From the human T2T-CHM13v2.0 reference genome, Homo sapiens: a DNA stretch of 64,000 nucleotides. Of the stretch, positions 1 to 14,303 are shown piece after piece; the stretch's first letter is position 1; every line of letters begins with the position of its first letter. A program made the position numbers and the translations under genes. Below the pieces are notes generated by a model, which was given only the letters and a program-made list of their open reading frames with translations, made no database searches and was not told the DNA's origin. Location of the stretch: NCBI RefSeq assembly GCF_009914755.1, contig NC_060928.1; one strand, given 5' to 3'.

Positions 1-255
1 CAAATTAATTTTCTAGAAAATGAAAAATACAGTAATTGACTATATAACTTACTAGAAAGTTTAAACAGCAAATTAGACATAGTTCAAGAAAGAATTATTA
101 AAATGGAAGGAGAGATGAAGGAATTAGCTAAAATGCAGCAGAAAGATAAAAGGACAGAAAATACAAATGAGTGTTTAAGAGATGAGGAGAAAAGAAGGTC
201 CAACATCATCTAGTGGGGGTTTTAGAGGGAGAAAAAGAGTACAAAGAAGAGGGAA
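1..255 (+). mobile_element. Old L1 (L1M/L1ME-type) ORF1 fragment
   Basis: Purine-rich sequence resembling L1 ORF1 (aaattagacatagttcaagaaagaatt...aggtccaacatcatctagtgggggttttagaggg); degenerate, boundaries approximate. Confidence 0.5.
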
Positions 256-440
256 TTCTCTGAGTTAAGCAAAGAATGTGAATCAAGGAGGGAATGATCA
301 ACTATGTCAGATGCCACTGACAGATAAGTCAGATGAAAACTGTGAACTAAATTGTTGAATTTAGCAATGTGGAGTTCACTGGTGACCTTAATATTAGCAG
401 ATATAGATGAGTGCTGCAGCTGAAAGCCTGAACAGAAAGG
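256..440 (-). mobile_element. L2 fragment
   Basis: gtcagatgccactgacagataagtcagatgaaaactg...tttagcaatgtggagttcactggtgacctt resembles the antisense L2 consensus. Confidence 0.6.
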
Positions 441-670
441 AGTATTAGTTTTCTATTGCTGCATGTCTCAAACTTAGCAGCTTCAACCAACATATGTTTT
501 ATTATCTCACAGCTTCTTTGGGTCAGGAGTCTGGGCACAGCTTAGCTGGTCCTAAGCTCAGAGTCTCACAGGCTGCAATCAAGGTGCCGGTTAAACTGTG
601 TTCTCATCTGGAGGCTTGACAAGAGAAGACTAAACTTTCAAGTTCACCAGGTTGTTGGAGAGTTCATCTA
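441..670 (-). mobile_element. MLT1 (ERVL-MaLR) LTR fragment
   Basis: tattagttttctattgctgc...ttattatctcacagcttctttgggtcaggagtctgggcacagcttagctgg is the typical reverse-strand MLT1 end. Confidence 0.7.
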
Positions 671-899
671 AATAGAAATATATATATATAAAAAATATTG
701 AAATACTGATAGTGTTTTTCCCTAGTAAATCTATTACAGTGGATTTCATTTTCTTCTTTATCATTTGTTTCTCAAATTTTCTGCAATAAGCTTGCATTAC
801 TTATCTCAAAAAATAATATTTAATAAGAAATTCAAATGATTCTCTTTTCCAATAAAAGTCCACATTATTAGATCAGCATGTACAGCTTTCTTCCTTAGC

Positions 900-1200
900 C
901 CACCAATACTCCTAGTCTTGCAATTTATGCTCTAGAAACACTGAACTACTTATGGTTTCAGTATATAGTTCATCCTGCCACCTCCCACACCACAATACAA
1001 TGCTTTGTCATTTAGTAACTGTTTTCATGCTGTTTTTATACCTACCAGAACAATCACACCCCATGTCTTCTCATCCTTGAAGACTCACCTCATCCAACAC
1101 CTCCTTCAAGAAATCTTCCCTGACATCCTTTATTCCCTTTCCCTCCCCACCACAACCCAGGTAAGGTACCCCTCCTTTAATGTTTTAAAATAACTGCAAC
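900..1200 (+). mobile_element. L2 fragment
   Basis: tcatccttgaagactcacctc...cacctccttcaagaaatcttccctgac matches the L2 3' region motif. Confidence 0.5.
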
Positions 1201-1277
1201 TGTCATTTCACAGTTATTATAGAAGCTAATACACAATTGTATCACATTATCTACTGTAGTTAAATTATAATTATCTT

Positions 1278-1830
1278 GTGTATTATTTATCTATTGCTGC
1301 ATGACAAATTAACCCCAAAACATAGAGGATTAAAACAACATTTATTAATTCTTACAGTTTCTATAGATCAGAAAAGGGTGGGGAGGGGTGGCTTAACTGG
1401 GTAGTTCTGACTCAGTCTCTCTTAAGCTGACAGTCAGGATGTCAGCTGCAGCTCCAGTCCTCTGAAGGCTTCCCCAGGACTGGGGAATCTGCTCCCAAGC
1501 TCTCTCATATAGCTGTTGGCAAGGAGACCTCTTCCTTGTTGGCTGTGGGTCAGAGGCTTCTGTTCCTCACCATGTGGCCTGTCCATAGAACAACATGGCA
1601 GTGGGAAAAATCGAAGGGAGAGAGAGGTGGAAGCCACAATGTCTTTTACAACCTAATCTTGCCTCCGAAGTAACATATCATCACATTTGTACTCTTTTGG
1701 TCACTGGTCACACAGACCAACCCTTGTACAATGTGGGAGGGCACCTTGGAAATTCATGCCCAAAAGGGCATGAATACCAGCAGGTGGGGATCACCGAGGG
1801 CACCTTGGAGATGGCTCTGTCTATCTCACC
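1278..1830 (-). mobile_element. MLT1 (J/K-like) LTR
   Basis: Starts tgtattatttatctattgctgcatgacaaatt; ends gggcatgaataccagcaggtggggatc...ttggagatggc, both MLT1 terminal motifs. Confidence 0.7.
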
Positions 1831-4800
1831 AGCCTGACTGAACTCGGCCTTGTGCCTCTTGCTACTCCCTAGCCCTGGCTTATTATAGTTTTGCATAATA
1901 ATATGAAATACCAATAAGAATTGTTTGCATCTTAAATGATCAATAAGGGCTGATTAGCTTACTAACTCTTGCTACATAGGATGAGAGGCATAAGAAAAGA
2001 ATGTCTGAGCTCTCCAGGCTTCAGAAAACCATTCTACAACAAGGAAGGGTGTGGGCAGATAAGTGGATGGATGGAAGAATTAAAAGTTGGAAAGAAAAAA
2101 AAAATGGCATTTTCTCAGTCCTTCCTCTAATTTATCAAGAAACTTATTTTGCTTCCTTTTGTTTAAACTTTTCTGATTTTTCTCCCTCCATTCTTTAATA
2201 TTTATCTCATAGCAAACTGGATATTGAAAATTTTTCAAGTAATTCTTAGGAAAACTTCAATATTTTTCTAAGTTGAACTAAGAAATTGACTTTTAATCTT
2301 TTGCTTGTGGAGTGAGTTGAGTTTTGCAGTAACAACATTTAAAAAGCAAAGTTTGAGGAGTTGAGTTCAACTTAAGGAGACAATCTTTGTTTCTTCAGAT
2401 ATCAGAAATGTCAGGCTTTTGTTACTGTCTTTTAGCAGTGCTATTATTTTGAAGATGATATTTGTTCTGTGTGGTTTTAATATACAGATGTCCTCTGCCT
2501 GAACAGTTCAGTAGAAACTAGGTATAAAGTACAAGAAGCAAGCAAGAGAGGGTAAGAGAAAAAAAAATAAATCTCTTTATTATGGTGCATAAACCTTCAG
2601 TGTGAGGGAGCTTTGCAGCTGCACAAGGAGAAAAATGCATTCAAAAATATAATGCAAGTGTGAATAATCCTTTCTCGAATGCTGCTTGCAGACTGCTCCA
2701 GCTTTGTCAGGTGAACTTGAACCGGGCCATCAGATTTGCCCCCATTCCCATTGCACACTCTGTCTATCACCCCAGGGCATTCACCATCTTGACTGTTGTT
2801 TAAAGAGAACAAGCAATCCATCATTGAGCCAGGGAGTCACTTTCTCATAGAAAAGTAAAATCAGCATGTGACACTACTCAGCCCTAGTGTTTTGCAGATT
2901 AAAATGATACATGGTGACTCACGTGTTACTAGGAGGATTAAGTCGGTTATCTTGTTCCATTGCCCAGACAAAAGAATTCCCCTCAAGCAGTAAGTGGGAG
3001 CTTTACAGAAGCTAAAATCGTTGGGCTCAACTATACAGTGGTAAGACAGAGAATTTAACAAGAGAACAGAAAAAAAAAAATGTTATTTTACATCTAAGCA
3101 CATTTTTTATTCCCTGCAAGAGATAGTACAAAGAAGAATCCATCCCAAAAGGGGAGCTGTGAAATCTTTGTACAAGTCTCTGCTGTTTGAAATGCCAATT
3201 TTATTACTAGAGATGGACACACAATTTATTGTCTGACTGCCTCTACAGTTGATTTAAATATGGTGAAATAAATGAGCAGCCGTTGGCCCTAGGGCTGTTA
3301 GCTTCATAAGAGTAGGTTACAAATCCTGCAGCTACAGTATCAAGTTATTAACACTGTTATTCCATTGTGTGATCTACATAGTAATAAAATTTTAAGTGAA
3401 TCTCATAGAGAAATGAGCTCACAATGAAAGGCTGGGATACAGCCTTTAATTTACGAAGCCGAGGCAAATATTTATCATGTTACAGAAAATATTTTTATAT
3501 AATTGAATCTGTAACTGTGTTGTGTTCATTTTCAAAAGTAATGTTCAAAAAGAAAAGATAAATATAAATATCATAGTATTTAATTTTAGATTAAATAAAT
3601 GCATAAAGTTTTGCCATTCAGACCTTACACTGGAAATAATGACACAGGTTAAAGAGAAAGAATTGTTTTTGAGTTAGTTTTTTTGTTGTTGTTTGTTTGA
3701 TTGTTTTTTAGGTTCCCATGCATTTCAGGCAACACTGTTGTTAGAAAATTCTTCACTATTTATTTTTTGCTCATACTTTGCCACACCAAGTTCTTTCTTA
3801 AAGTACAAACCATTTTTCTAGCCAAAAGGATTGCAAATCAAAGAATGCCCTATTTCTTTACTCTTAACTAAATTTTCAAACATTACATATCTTAATCAGC
3901 TGTACGTTCTCCAAGTATGCTGTAAAAATAAGAGACAACACTGGAATATCTGTTTTCTCTGCGAAGGACACACACCAGATTTAACCTTCTTTTTCTACAC
4001 AAATCACAAAAAGGAGAGAGACTGCTGGAACACTTTTGTTAGACATTTGACATGGTCTCTCCCAATAACAGAAGGACCCACAGCGACTGGCTTTGAAGGG
4101 CTATGTTCCCAACATGATTTCAATAGGGAACATTCTCTCTGGACTGAGCACCTGGATCATGGGCAGTGTTCCCTTGGGCAGGACAGCAGTCACTGAGCCA
4201 CCTGCATCAGAGGATGGGAGATGAGAGACAGGATCCTCTGGCTAGCTGTATCCTTCCCCAGCCTCTGGGGCACGCTCGTGCAGAGGAGCCAGGCCAGGCC
4301 AGGCCAGCACACAAGCATCTGAGTGGCTGGCCCCTTTGCCCCACTATAGACAAGTTAGCAGGATCTTTCCATGAGTATAGATAAAGATTAAGAGCAATGG
4401 ACCCTGGAAGTCTTTGAAATATGCCATGTGCCAAGACTCAAAACTATAAATTGTTCTGCCAAAGGCATCTGAAAATGTCAAAGTCCTAGGATGTTGAGCC
4501 AAGTATTAAGGAAGATGATCTGAGAAGGAGCTGGATATTAGAGAGAGCTCCACTATTCAGCATGATCTTGATAACCTGCCACAGAATCGACCTGACTTCA
4601 TCCCCTCCTGCCTTGTTTCCTCCCTCCATCCCTGTGGCATGGTCTGCACTGTCTAAGCTGATCTGGAACACCCACTCAACAAAAAGCTATCCCTAAGCAT
4701 CTTTAGACAACCTATAAAAGCGAATTAAACTTGGCATCTCTAAAACTCTGCATTGCCAAGTATCAACTTTTATTACACTCAACTCTTGGTTATGAGAGGG

Positions 4801-6384
4801 GAGGAGGGAAATGCAAAGAATCACAAATAAGACTATTGTTTAAGATGCATCCTATTTAGGCCAATAACAAATTTTTGTTGCTAGTTAGTGGCTACGTAGT
4901 AGTTGATGATTGGGAAACAGACAGCTCCAAATTGTTCCAGATGCCAAGAGAAGGCCAGACTTTGTCATCAATAACTTAAAAATTAGATTGAGATACAGCT
5001 CCAGACGCGTTAAGCGCATTGGTCCTTTGGCATTTGTCAACTGCTTTACCTCCTTGTGCTAAAAATGCCATGCTCAGAACATCCACCAACAACAGTGTAG
5101 CTCAAATGCTAAAAAGATAACTAAAAAATATACTTTAGGAAAGTTAATGTTTTATAAATTGTAACAATCATTCCAGTTATCAAGAAAATATTGTTTCCAA
5201 GAAGCATTTTATAAGTTGGCACAACAGACCCATGGAATGGCCAGGAGGGAGTAGAAACCTTTCTAAGTGATTTATTGATTTACTATAATGTTTTCCACTG
5301 GAAAGATTAATGATATATTCCACTTTGCTGAAAATTACTTCTCTTTTGCTCCTGCAAAATAATCCTAGAGTTATTTTCTCTTTCGGACCCTAACAAAATT
5401 ATATTTCTTACAGAAAGACTGAGAGAGCTACAGGCATCTAACTCTAAACGCAAAGTGTGATCTTTAAAGAAATACACTCACTTTTTTTTCTTTTTTTGAG
5501 AAACTGTTTAAAAATCCAGACTGTGAAAGGCTGCTTCTCAGTGAGAAAGGTCACTCTGAGTGCAGTGTCCACAACATTAACGAGAAATGACCCTTGTCAT
5601 CACTCTCAGCATGGGAGACAGAAGAAACAAATGAAAAAACACACCCAAAAGATGGTTTCTAGAACAGACCACTTGGATAATAGATGAGACACTGTGCTCG
5701 TGGATCACATGGGCCTCCAGAGGCTTTGTTCCCACTGTGTATTATGGTATGCTGGGTGGCTTCATGTTGACAAAACTACGGGAACTTCAGGGTCTCAACC
5801 GGACCACCATCCCAAAGTGATGAAAATGTTGTCTAACTTCAAAGTTTAAGAATACTTCCTTAGTAACATGTTTCCAGTTTTAAAGTTGTATTTTCTTGAT
5901 CACACTTCTTTCCCATGCAATCTTTTAGGGGAATAAATCAAGTGAAATATTTTTGTCCTATGATGGCCACACAATATTCCTCCCTGTTATGTAGCTGTTG
6001 GTGAGAAGGACTTCGGTAAGCACAATGAACTTTGTTCTTGCCACAGCAAAGAAAGAGTTAAATTCTAGACCCAGCTGATCCCCTGCCAGCAGGGATGTGG
6101 AGGAAAGAGTGGGTGCTCACTTTTCTCCCCATATTACCCAAATGCCTCTTTTATGCCCCATCCCCATCTTCTACACTCTCCTCTTTCTCGCTTTCTAAGG
6201 AGAAAAAATTGAAATTTAGAAACAAAGAATTCCGACACTCTGAAGTAATTCACGGGGCTTCACTCACTTTCAGGTCTTTCCTTTTCAGGGCAATAGTTTT
6301 TAGACTCAGCTGGTGATTAGGTCCTCTCTAGTTCTACCGCAGTCACTCTCACTAGGCCTCCTTGAAGGGGAGTGTCTGGTGAAA

Positions 6385-6786
<402 letters not shown>

Positions 6787-7249
6787 TTATTGTCATTATT
6801 ACCCCAGCTGTTTTTCTGGTGTAGTCCTGATGAATTCATTTATTCAGTCCCACTCTCACCAACTGTGGCGGCCAAGATTAGTTAACTGCATGTGAACCCA
6901 GAATCTCCCCCAGACAGAAGGAGCAAACTTGGACCTAGGGATAAGCCATTTCTGATCAGGGTAGGGAGTGGGAAGTGCAAATAATAACAGTAACACTAAC
7001 AATTATAATAGATTATGTTTTGTGGTTATTTACTGGTGCTTATGCATCATTATTATATCACCCCGAAATATTCTTTAAATTGCTGTTTTTGTCAAAATAG
7101 TCTAATATTGGTAAATTCATCTGGCTTGACCTAAATAATACTCAAACATAATTCTCTCATTCCATATCTCTCCAAACAACTCATCTCCAGGTAGTCCCAT
7201 ATCCTCCCAGCCATATGTGACTGCAATTCCCCAGATATGATGTGACTTC

Positions 7250-7630
7250 CCACAGATGTCTTCCAAAGCCCTTCCCTGTACCTGGTATATTCACTCCTAC
7301 ATTCCCTGGAAAATTCTATCCTCCCTCCCCTAGGAAACTATTACTTGTCCTTCAAGTGTCATCTCCCCAGGAAGACCTTCTCTGACTCTTCTACTACTCC
7401 CCTCTAGTAACACTAACACACACACACACACACACACACATACAGGCTCCATTACACCATCACAGACCTTTACGGTAGGACCTCAATTGCACAGTAATTA
7501 CTTGTTTATGCCTCTGCCTCCCCCCATTAGATTATGAGCACGTGAAAGCAGAGATTGTTAGTTCACTTTGGCAGCCCCAGTGCCTAGCCTGGCACTTGGT
7601 TGTTAATAAGGCCTTGCTGAATGAAAGAAT
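7250..7630 (+). mobile_element. L2 3' end containing a (CA)n microsatellite (about 7416-7441)
   Basis: ccttcaagtgtcatctccccaggaagaccttctctgac...ccccagtgcctagcctggcac...tgaatgaaagaat is the L2 3' terminus. Confidence 0.7.
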
Positions 7631-9159
7631 TAAATCATTAAAAATCGCAAGATTAATTAAGAGTGTGGTTTTATGATTGACCCATTGTGGCATAACTCTT
7701 AGTGTAATACAGTATTTAACATTGTGCCTTGAATATAGCACGTGTTCCATAAATGTTTGTGAACTGAATGAATGAAGGATGGCAGGTGAAAAATCTCTTA
7801 ATTAGATCCAGAGGGTCCTCTTTATTTGTACAATCCAAATAAGAAAGGCGTTCTCAGACACTGAAAGAAGCTATGCTGACATCTTTGTCTTACAAAAGAC
7901 TCATCTGAATGATAATGAGTGTGGAAAATGGATTAGCTCCTGGGTGGACAGGGTTTTTTTTGTTGTTGTTTGTTTGTTATTTGCTTTTGGTTTTTGTCTC
8001 AGTGAAAAAGTAAAAATGCTTGAGTGCTCCATCACTTAGGGAGATTGAGCCCATCTTCTTTTCCATGATTTTTATTTTAGTGCTTATTTAATTAAGAAAA
8101 TTAAATCATTTTTGTGGTACACGAATAAAATTGGTGAAAATTATGGTTACCAGTATTTTATTACTGTTGATTTTTATCGCTCTTATATATCTGTAAACCA
8201 GATAATGCCGGAGAAATTGATTGCCATCTGTTCTTAGACTCTAGGAATAGGGCATCATTATCTCTAGGAGTACTCTACTACTATGTGACCCAAATGTACT
8301 GGTAATCCAATTTTTTAAGATCAGTAAATGTTTTTAACCTATATTATATGCATTATTACATGATATGCTTCAGATAAAGCATGAATTACTTTTAAAACAA
8401 GTGATAAAGAGGGCCTAATTTACTGGTTCTGGCTCAGAAACCAGGTGTTTTAAGTGCATTGAGTTTCATGAATTAAAGAGTGTGTTTCCTCCTTTATCCA
8501 GAGCTGCTAAGGATTATTGAGACTCCAAGATTAAAGGCACATCATGAAACTAAAACAGGCATTTAAACTTCCTGTGCCAAAATGCTGCCTTTGTTTCCCA
8601 TCTCTTTCCTGATTAATCTCAGGACCATTCTTCATTACTACTACCCAAAGGTTAAAAGACGATTAATAGTATCAACTTCAAAACTTTTGTGAGAATTAGA
8701 GCACATGTAACCTTGCTAGGACGGTGCCTGGCAAAGAGTAAATGTTTCATCAATGGTTGTTGTTGCTATTTTTTTATCATTATTTATTCACCATATTTTC
8801 ATCCTTTAAACCAAAGCAGAGTTAGAGTTAGCAATATTAGTTGTGTTTTCCACTTGAGCTAAGGTTAATTCCTAGATGAATGCCAGTTGCTTTAATTTTC
8901 ACTGATAGAATCTGCTTTCTGTATCGTTAACCTCCACACTTGAGTATTCAAGTTTTGTTTCATAGTGTTGCCTCCATGCTTTCTGTGATCGGTCTCTGCT
9001 ATAAGTCCACTCAACATCATTAACCTTTCATCCTGATTATGAAAATGTGGTTTTCCAAACGTATTTGACTCTGATAACACATGGTCACAAAATTATTTAC
9101 ATTAAGGGTTGCAGCCTCACACAGCTCCAGAGAGTCCCATTCACTTGAAATCAACATGC

Positions 9160-10066
<907 letters not shown>

Positions 10067-10202
10067 ATAATGTGAGTTTGGTGCGCTCCTGGTTCTGAGA
10101 TGCTGGGTTTCACACACATTTTAAGGTTTTTAGATGCAAGGAACACAGGCTTGTTTAAGGAAAGTTAAATAGGATACACATGATACAAGAAGTGGTCTCA
10201 CA

Positions 10203-12530
10203 GTTCCGAGTCCAGTGGGGCGGTGGGAGCGATGACAGTCTGAGATGGTAGGAGCAGTTGTGTGAAGATGGAGTCTCCCGGAGGAAATGACAATTACCTG
10301 ACAATCACAGGGCCTTCACACCTCTTCCTGTCAGGGGCCGAGACATTCCATACACCAAGCTTAGGTGATGAAGAATTTGAAATCCCACCTATCTCTTTGG
10401 ATTCTGATCCCTCATTGGCTGTCTCAGATGTGGTTGACCACTTTGATGACCTGGCAGACCCTTCCTCTTCACAGGATGGCAGTGCTTCAGCCCAGTATGG
10501 GGTCCAGACATTGGACATGCTCTGTGGGCATGACCCATGGCTTGATGGAGCAAGGTGGGGGCTCCTCAGTGGAGGCTTGATCATGGACTTAAACCACTCT
10601 ATAGGAACTCAGTATAGTGCCAACCCACCTGTTACAATTGATGTACTAATGATAGACATGACATCTGACTTGATGGGGCATAGCCAGTTGACCACCACTG
10701 ATCAGTCAGAACTGAGTTTCCAACTGGGTTTGAGCTTACGGGGTGGCACCATCCTGCCACCTGCCCAGTCACCTGAAGATCGTATTTCAACCACCCCTTC
10801 ACCTACTAGTTCACTTCACGAGGTTGGTGTTGAGGATTTCTGGAGGCAAATTTCCAGCCAGAAGACAGTGGTGGTGGAAGCAGGGAAAAAGCAGAAGGTC
10901 CCAAAGAAGAGAAAAAAGAAAGATCCTAATGAACCTCAGAAACCAGTTTCAGCATATGCTTTATTCTTTCCTGATACACGGGCTGCCATCAAGGGACAGA
11001 ATCCTAATGCCACTTTTGGTGAGGTTTCAAAAATTGTGGCCTCCATGTGGGATAGTCTTGGAGAGGAGCAAAAACAGATATATAAGAGGAAAACTGAGGC
11101 TGCCAAGAAAGAGTATCTGAAGACACTGGCTGCTTACGAAGACAACCAGGAGTGTCAGGCCACTGTGGAAACAGCGGAATTGGATCCAGCACCACCATCA
11201 CAAACTCCTTCTCCACCTTCTATGGCTACTGTTGACCCAGCGTCTCCAGCACCAGCTTCAACAGAGCCCCCTGTCCTGTCCCCATCCATTGTTGTTAACT
11301 CCACCCTTTCATCCTATGTGGCAAACCAGGCATCTTCAGGAGCTGGGGGTCAGCCCAATATCACCAAGTTGATTATTACCAAACAAACGTTGCCCTCTTC
11401 CATTACTATGTCTCAGGGAGGGATGGTTACTGCTATCCTAGCCACAGTGGTGACCTCCTGGGGGCTCCAACTAGACCCAACCAGTACAGCCACTATCCAG
11501 CCCAGTCAACAAGCCCAGATTGTCACTCGGTCAGTGTTGCAGGCAGCAGCAGCAGCTGCTACTGTTGCTTCTATGCAACTGCCTCCACCCCGACTACAGC
11601 CCCCTCCATTATAACAGATGCCACAGCCCCTGACTCAGCAGCAAGTTACCATTCTGCAGCAGCCTCCTCCACTCCAGGCCATGCAACAGCCTCCACCTCA
11701 GAAAGTTTGAATCAATTTACAGCAACAGCTACCTCCTCTGCAGATCAAGAGTGTGCCTCCACTCACTTTGAAAATGCAGACTACCTTAGTCCCACCAACT
11801 GTGGAAAGTAGTCCTGAGCGGCCTATGAACAATAGTCCTGAGGCCCATACAGTGGAGGCAACTTCTCCTGAGACCATCTGTGAGATGATCACAGATGTAG
11901 TTCCTGAGGTTGAGTCTTCTTCTCAGATGGATGTTGAATTGGTGAGTGGGTCTCCTGTGGCACTGTCACCCCAGCCTCGATGTGTGATGTCTGGTTGTGA
12001 GAATCCTCCCATTGTGAGTAAGGACTGGGACAATGAATGCTGCAGCAATGAGTGTGTGGTGAAGCACTGCAGGGATGTATTCTTGGCCTGGGTAGCCTCT
12101 AGAAATTCAAACACAGTGGTGTTTGTGAAATAGTCCTTCCTGTTCTCCAAGCCAGTGAAGAGTTATCTGCTGGGAACATGTCTAAGAGCCTGTTTTGGAA
12201 ACACAAGCTGGGCTTCTGGTAGTGCCTGATCACAGCCCATGATGTCCGTTCATGTTTCCCCCCTTTTCTCCCTTCAGCAGAGGCCAGGCTATGGAGCAGG
12301 GCCGCTGAACTTGCTGTAATCTGGAGATGCTTTTTACACAACCACAAGCAGAAATACCAGTGGTAATAGCAGAGGAAAGGGTGAAGGGAGTATGGGCAAG
12401 CAAAGTATAGAGATGGTAGGAGTGGTGGTGGGGTTGAAGAAACTTGTTGGTATAATTGTCATAGGACTTGCCTAAAATATTATTAAAATGACGGGAGTGT
12501 ACTCAGCTTTGAGCCTAGGGAAAAAAAAAA
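10203..12530 (+). pseudogene. TOX4P1: Processed pseudogene of TOX4 (TOX HMG-box family member 4)
   Basis: Intronless. ATG 10268 to TAG 12133 is 621 codons plus stop, collinear with TOX4 ([11 protein letters not shown]..., HMG box [18 protein letters not shown]...EYLK, C-terminus ...SRNSNTVVFVK). In-frame stops at TAA 11612-11614 and TGA 11708-11710. ATTAAA at 12482, poly(A) from 12521, TSD aagaagtggtctcaca 10187-10202 / aaaaagtggtttcaca 12531-12546. TOX4 parentage is secure; the P1 symbol is from memory. Confidence 0.95.
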
Positions 12531-14303
12531 AAAAAGTGGTTTCACATGAAAATCCAAGACCAGAAACAAACATGGAACCTCACAGCAGGAGCTAGTGAAT
12601 CCTTGCTCTGGTGATTTGCCATTAACAAAATTTATGCAGTCTCCTTGATTGTATTCTTTCTATATTTCAAGTTTAAATTTCTAGAGTTCTGCTTTCATTT
12701 AGAATGTAAAACATCATAAGAGAAATGGCTCTCACCCTAGCAATTGGAAAAAAGACAGAAAACCCACAAACTTTTCATGAACCCACTGAAGAGCTCAGGT
12801 TATGGGGCAACCAAATAAATTAAATTCCAAAGAATTACAAGCCCCTTCAATGAGAGAGAGGACATGCAAACTCTTTTGCCATTGGCAGAGCATAGAAAAA
12901 AGAGACGGCCACCATATAAGCCAGTTAGAAGAAATCAGCTGAAAGTTTAGTAGATTCTTAAAAGTCAATTTTGGACTAAAGTATCGCTTGAAATAACTGA
13001 CAGTCCAAGACACAAGAGGATTTTGCCCTAATTTACTAGCTCGTTTTCACTGCCCTCCACTAGAGGCTCATGAGAAAATCTAGAGATGAATAGGCATGCA
13101 GGAGGTCATCAGTGGTACAGGCACAGAGAAAATTTTCAGTTGCCCCTGGGGAAGAGATATGAACTCTACCCAGCTACATGGCTCCTTCTGTCACTGAAAG
13201 AAAAAGCCTGAAACTACTGGAGATAAGGCAAGAATTCTGTTGCTTCTAGTTGATGACTAGAAGCAAAGGCCCTCTGGCCCTGGGAAAAAGCAGGGAAAAC
13301 TCTTGCCCTCAGGATCCTGCACTGGTATAAGGAGAAGTGCGCTACTTCTGGGAATAGGCGGGAGAACTGTTTTCTATCCATGGCCCAATGACCCACAGAT
13401 CAGAGTTCAACAGACACTGGGAGAAAGGGTAGGCAAGAAACACTGATGAGGCTTCATTTCTGAGACCCAGGCATGCAAGTCTGCCTAAAATTGAAACTAT
13501 GTTAGGAAAATAAAAATTCCCTCTTCCCACAATAAACCTAGTCCACAATAACAAGCAATAGTATTTTACCACTGAAGAAGGATAAAGAACATGGAAACAG
13601 ACTCCCCCGCCACCACCATGGTATGGATATGAAAGGAGCAAAGAAAGCTGAGGATAGAGCAGGAACAATGAGAAAAAGAAAACAAAACAAAAATGAAAAC
13701 CTCCACTATCTCAGGCCTGCCCCACTCTAATCACAAAGAAGCATCAGCCCACCACTGAAGAAATTCAGAGCTAGCACTGCAATGAAGATAATGAGAGCAA
13801 CAATAAAACCCAAACCCAGTGTATGTCTGCCTACACTAACTCAATGCCCAACATAACAGCCAAGCAAAAGAAAATGCATGTCCTTTTCCAGGTGTAAATA
13901 TTATTTGTCTCAGCTTCTGTCATTCTTCCACAAAGGATGTCCAGCATTCACTCAAATAATAGGAGACTTTAAGAGCATGCAAAAACAACCCATTGTCAAG
14001 AGATAAAGCAATTGACAGAACCAGACTCAGAGATGACCCAGATGTTGAGAGTATCAGACAGAGATTTTAAAATCACACTGATTCATTTTGAAATTTAATA
14101 GAAAATGTGGACAGCATGCATGAACAGACAGGAAGTTCAGTAAAGACACAGAAACTATTTTTAAAAGAGTCAAATGGGAATGCTTGAAATAAATAAACAC
14201 ACATACACACATAATACCAACAGTGAAGACTTCACTATATGTGCTTATCAGTAGGCTGAACACAGCTGAGAGAAGAATTGGTGAATTTGAAAATAGATCA
14301 GTA

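Noticed and set aside
3831-4434. 121-aa and overlapping ORFs in unique sequence as possible host exons
   Set aside because: No recognisable domain, the longest has a non-ATG start, and I could support no splice structure. I found no ALPK1- or NEUROG2-like coding sequence anywhere in the window.
10262-12133. TOX4 as a functional CDS
   Set aside because: No introns, poly(A) tail plus TSD, two in-frame stops and two frameshifts indicate a processed pseudogene.
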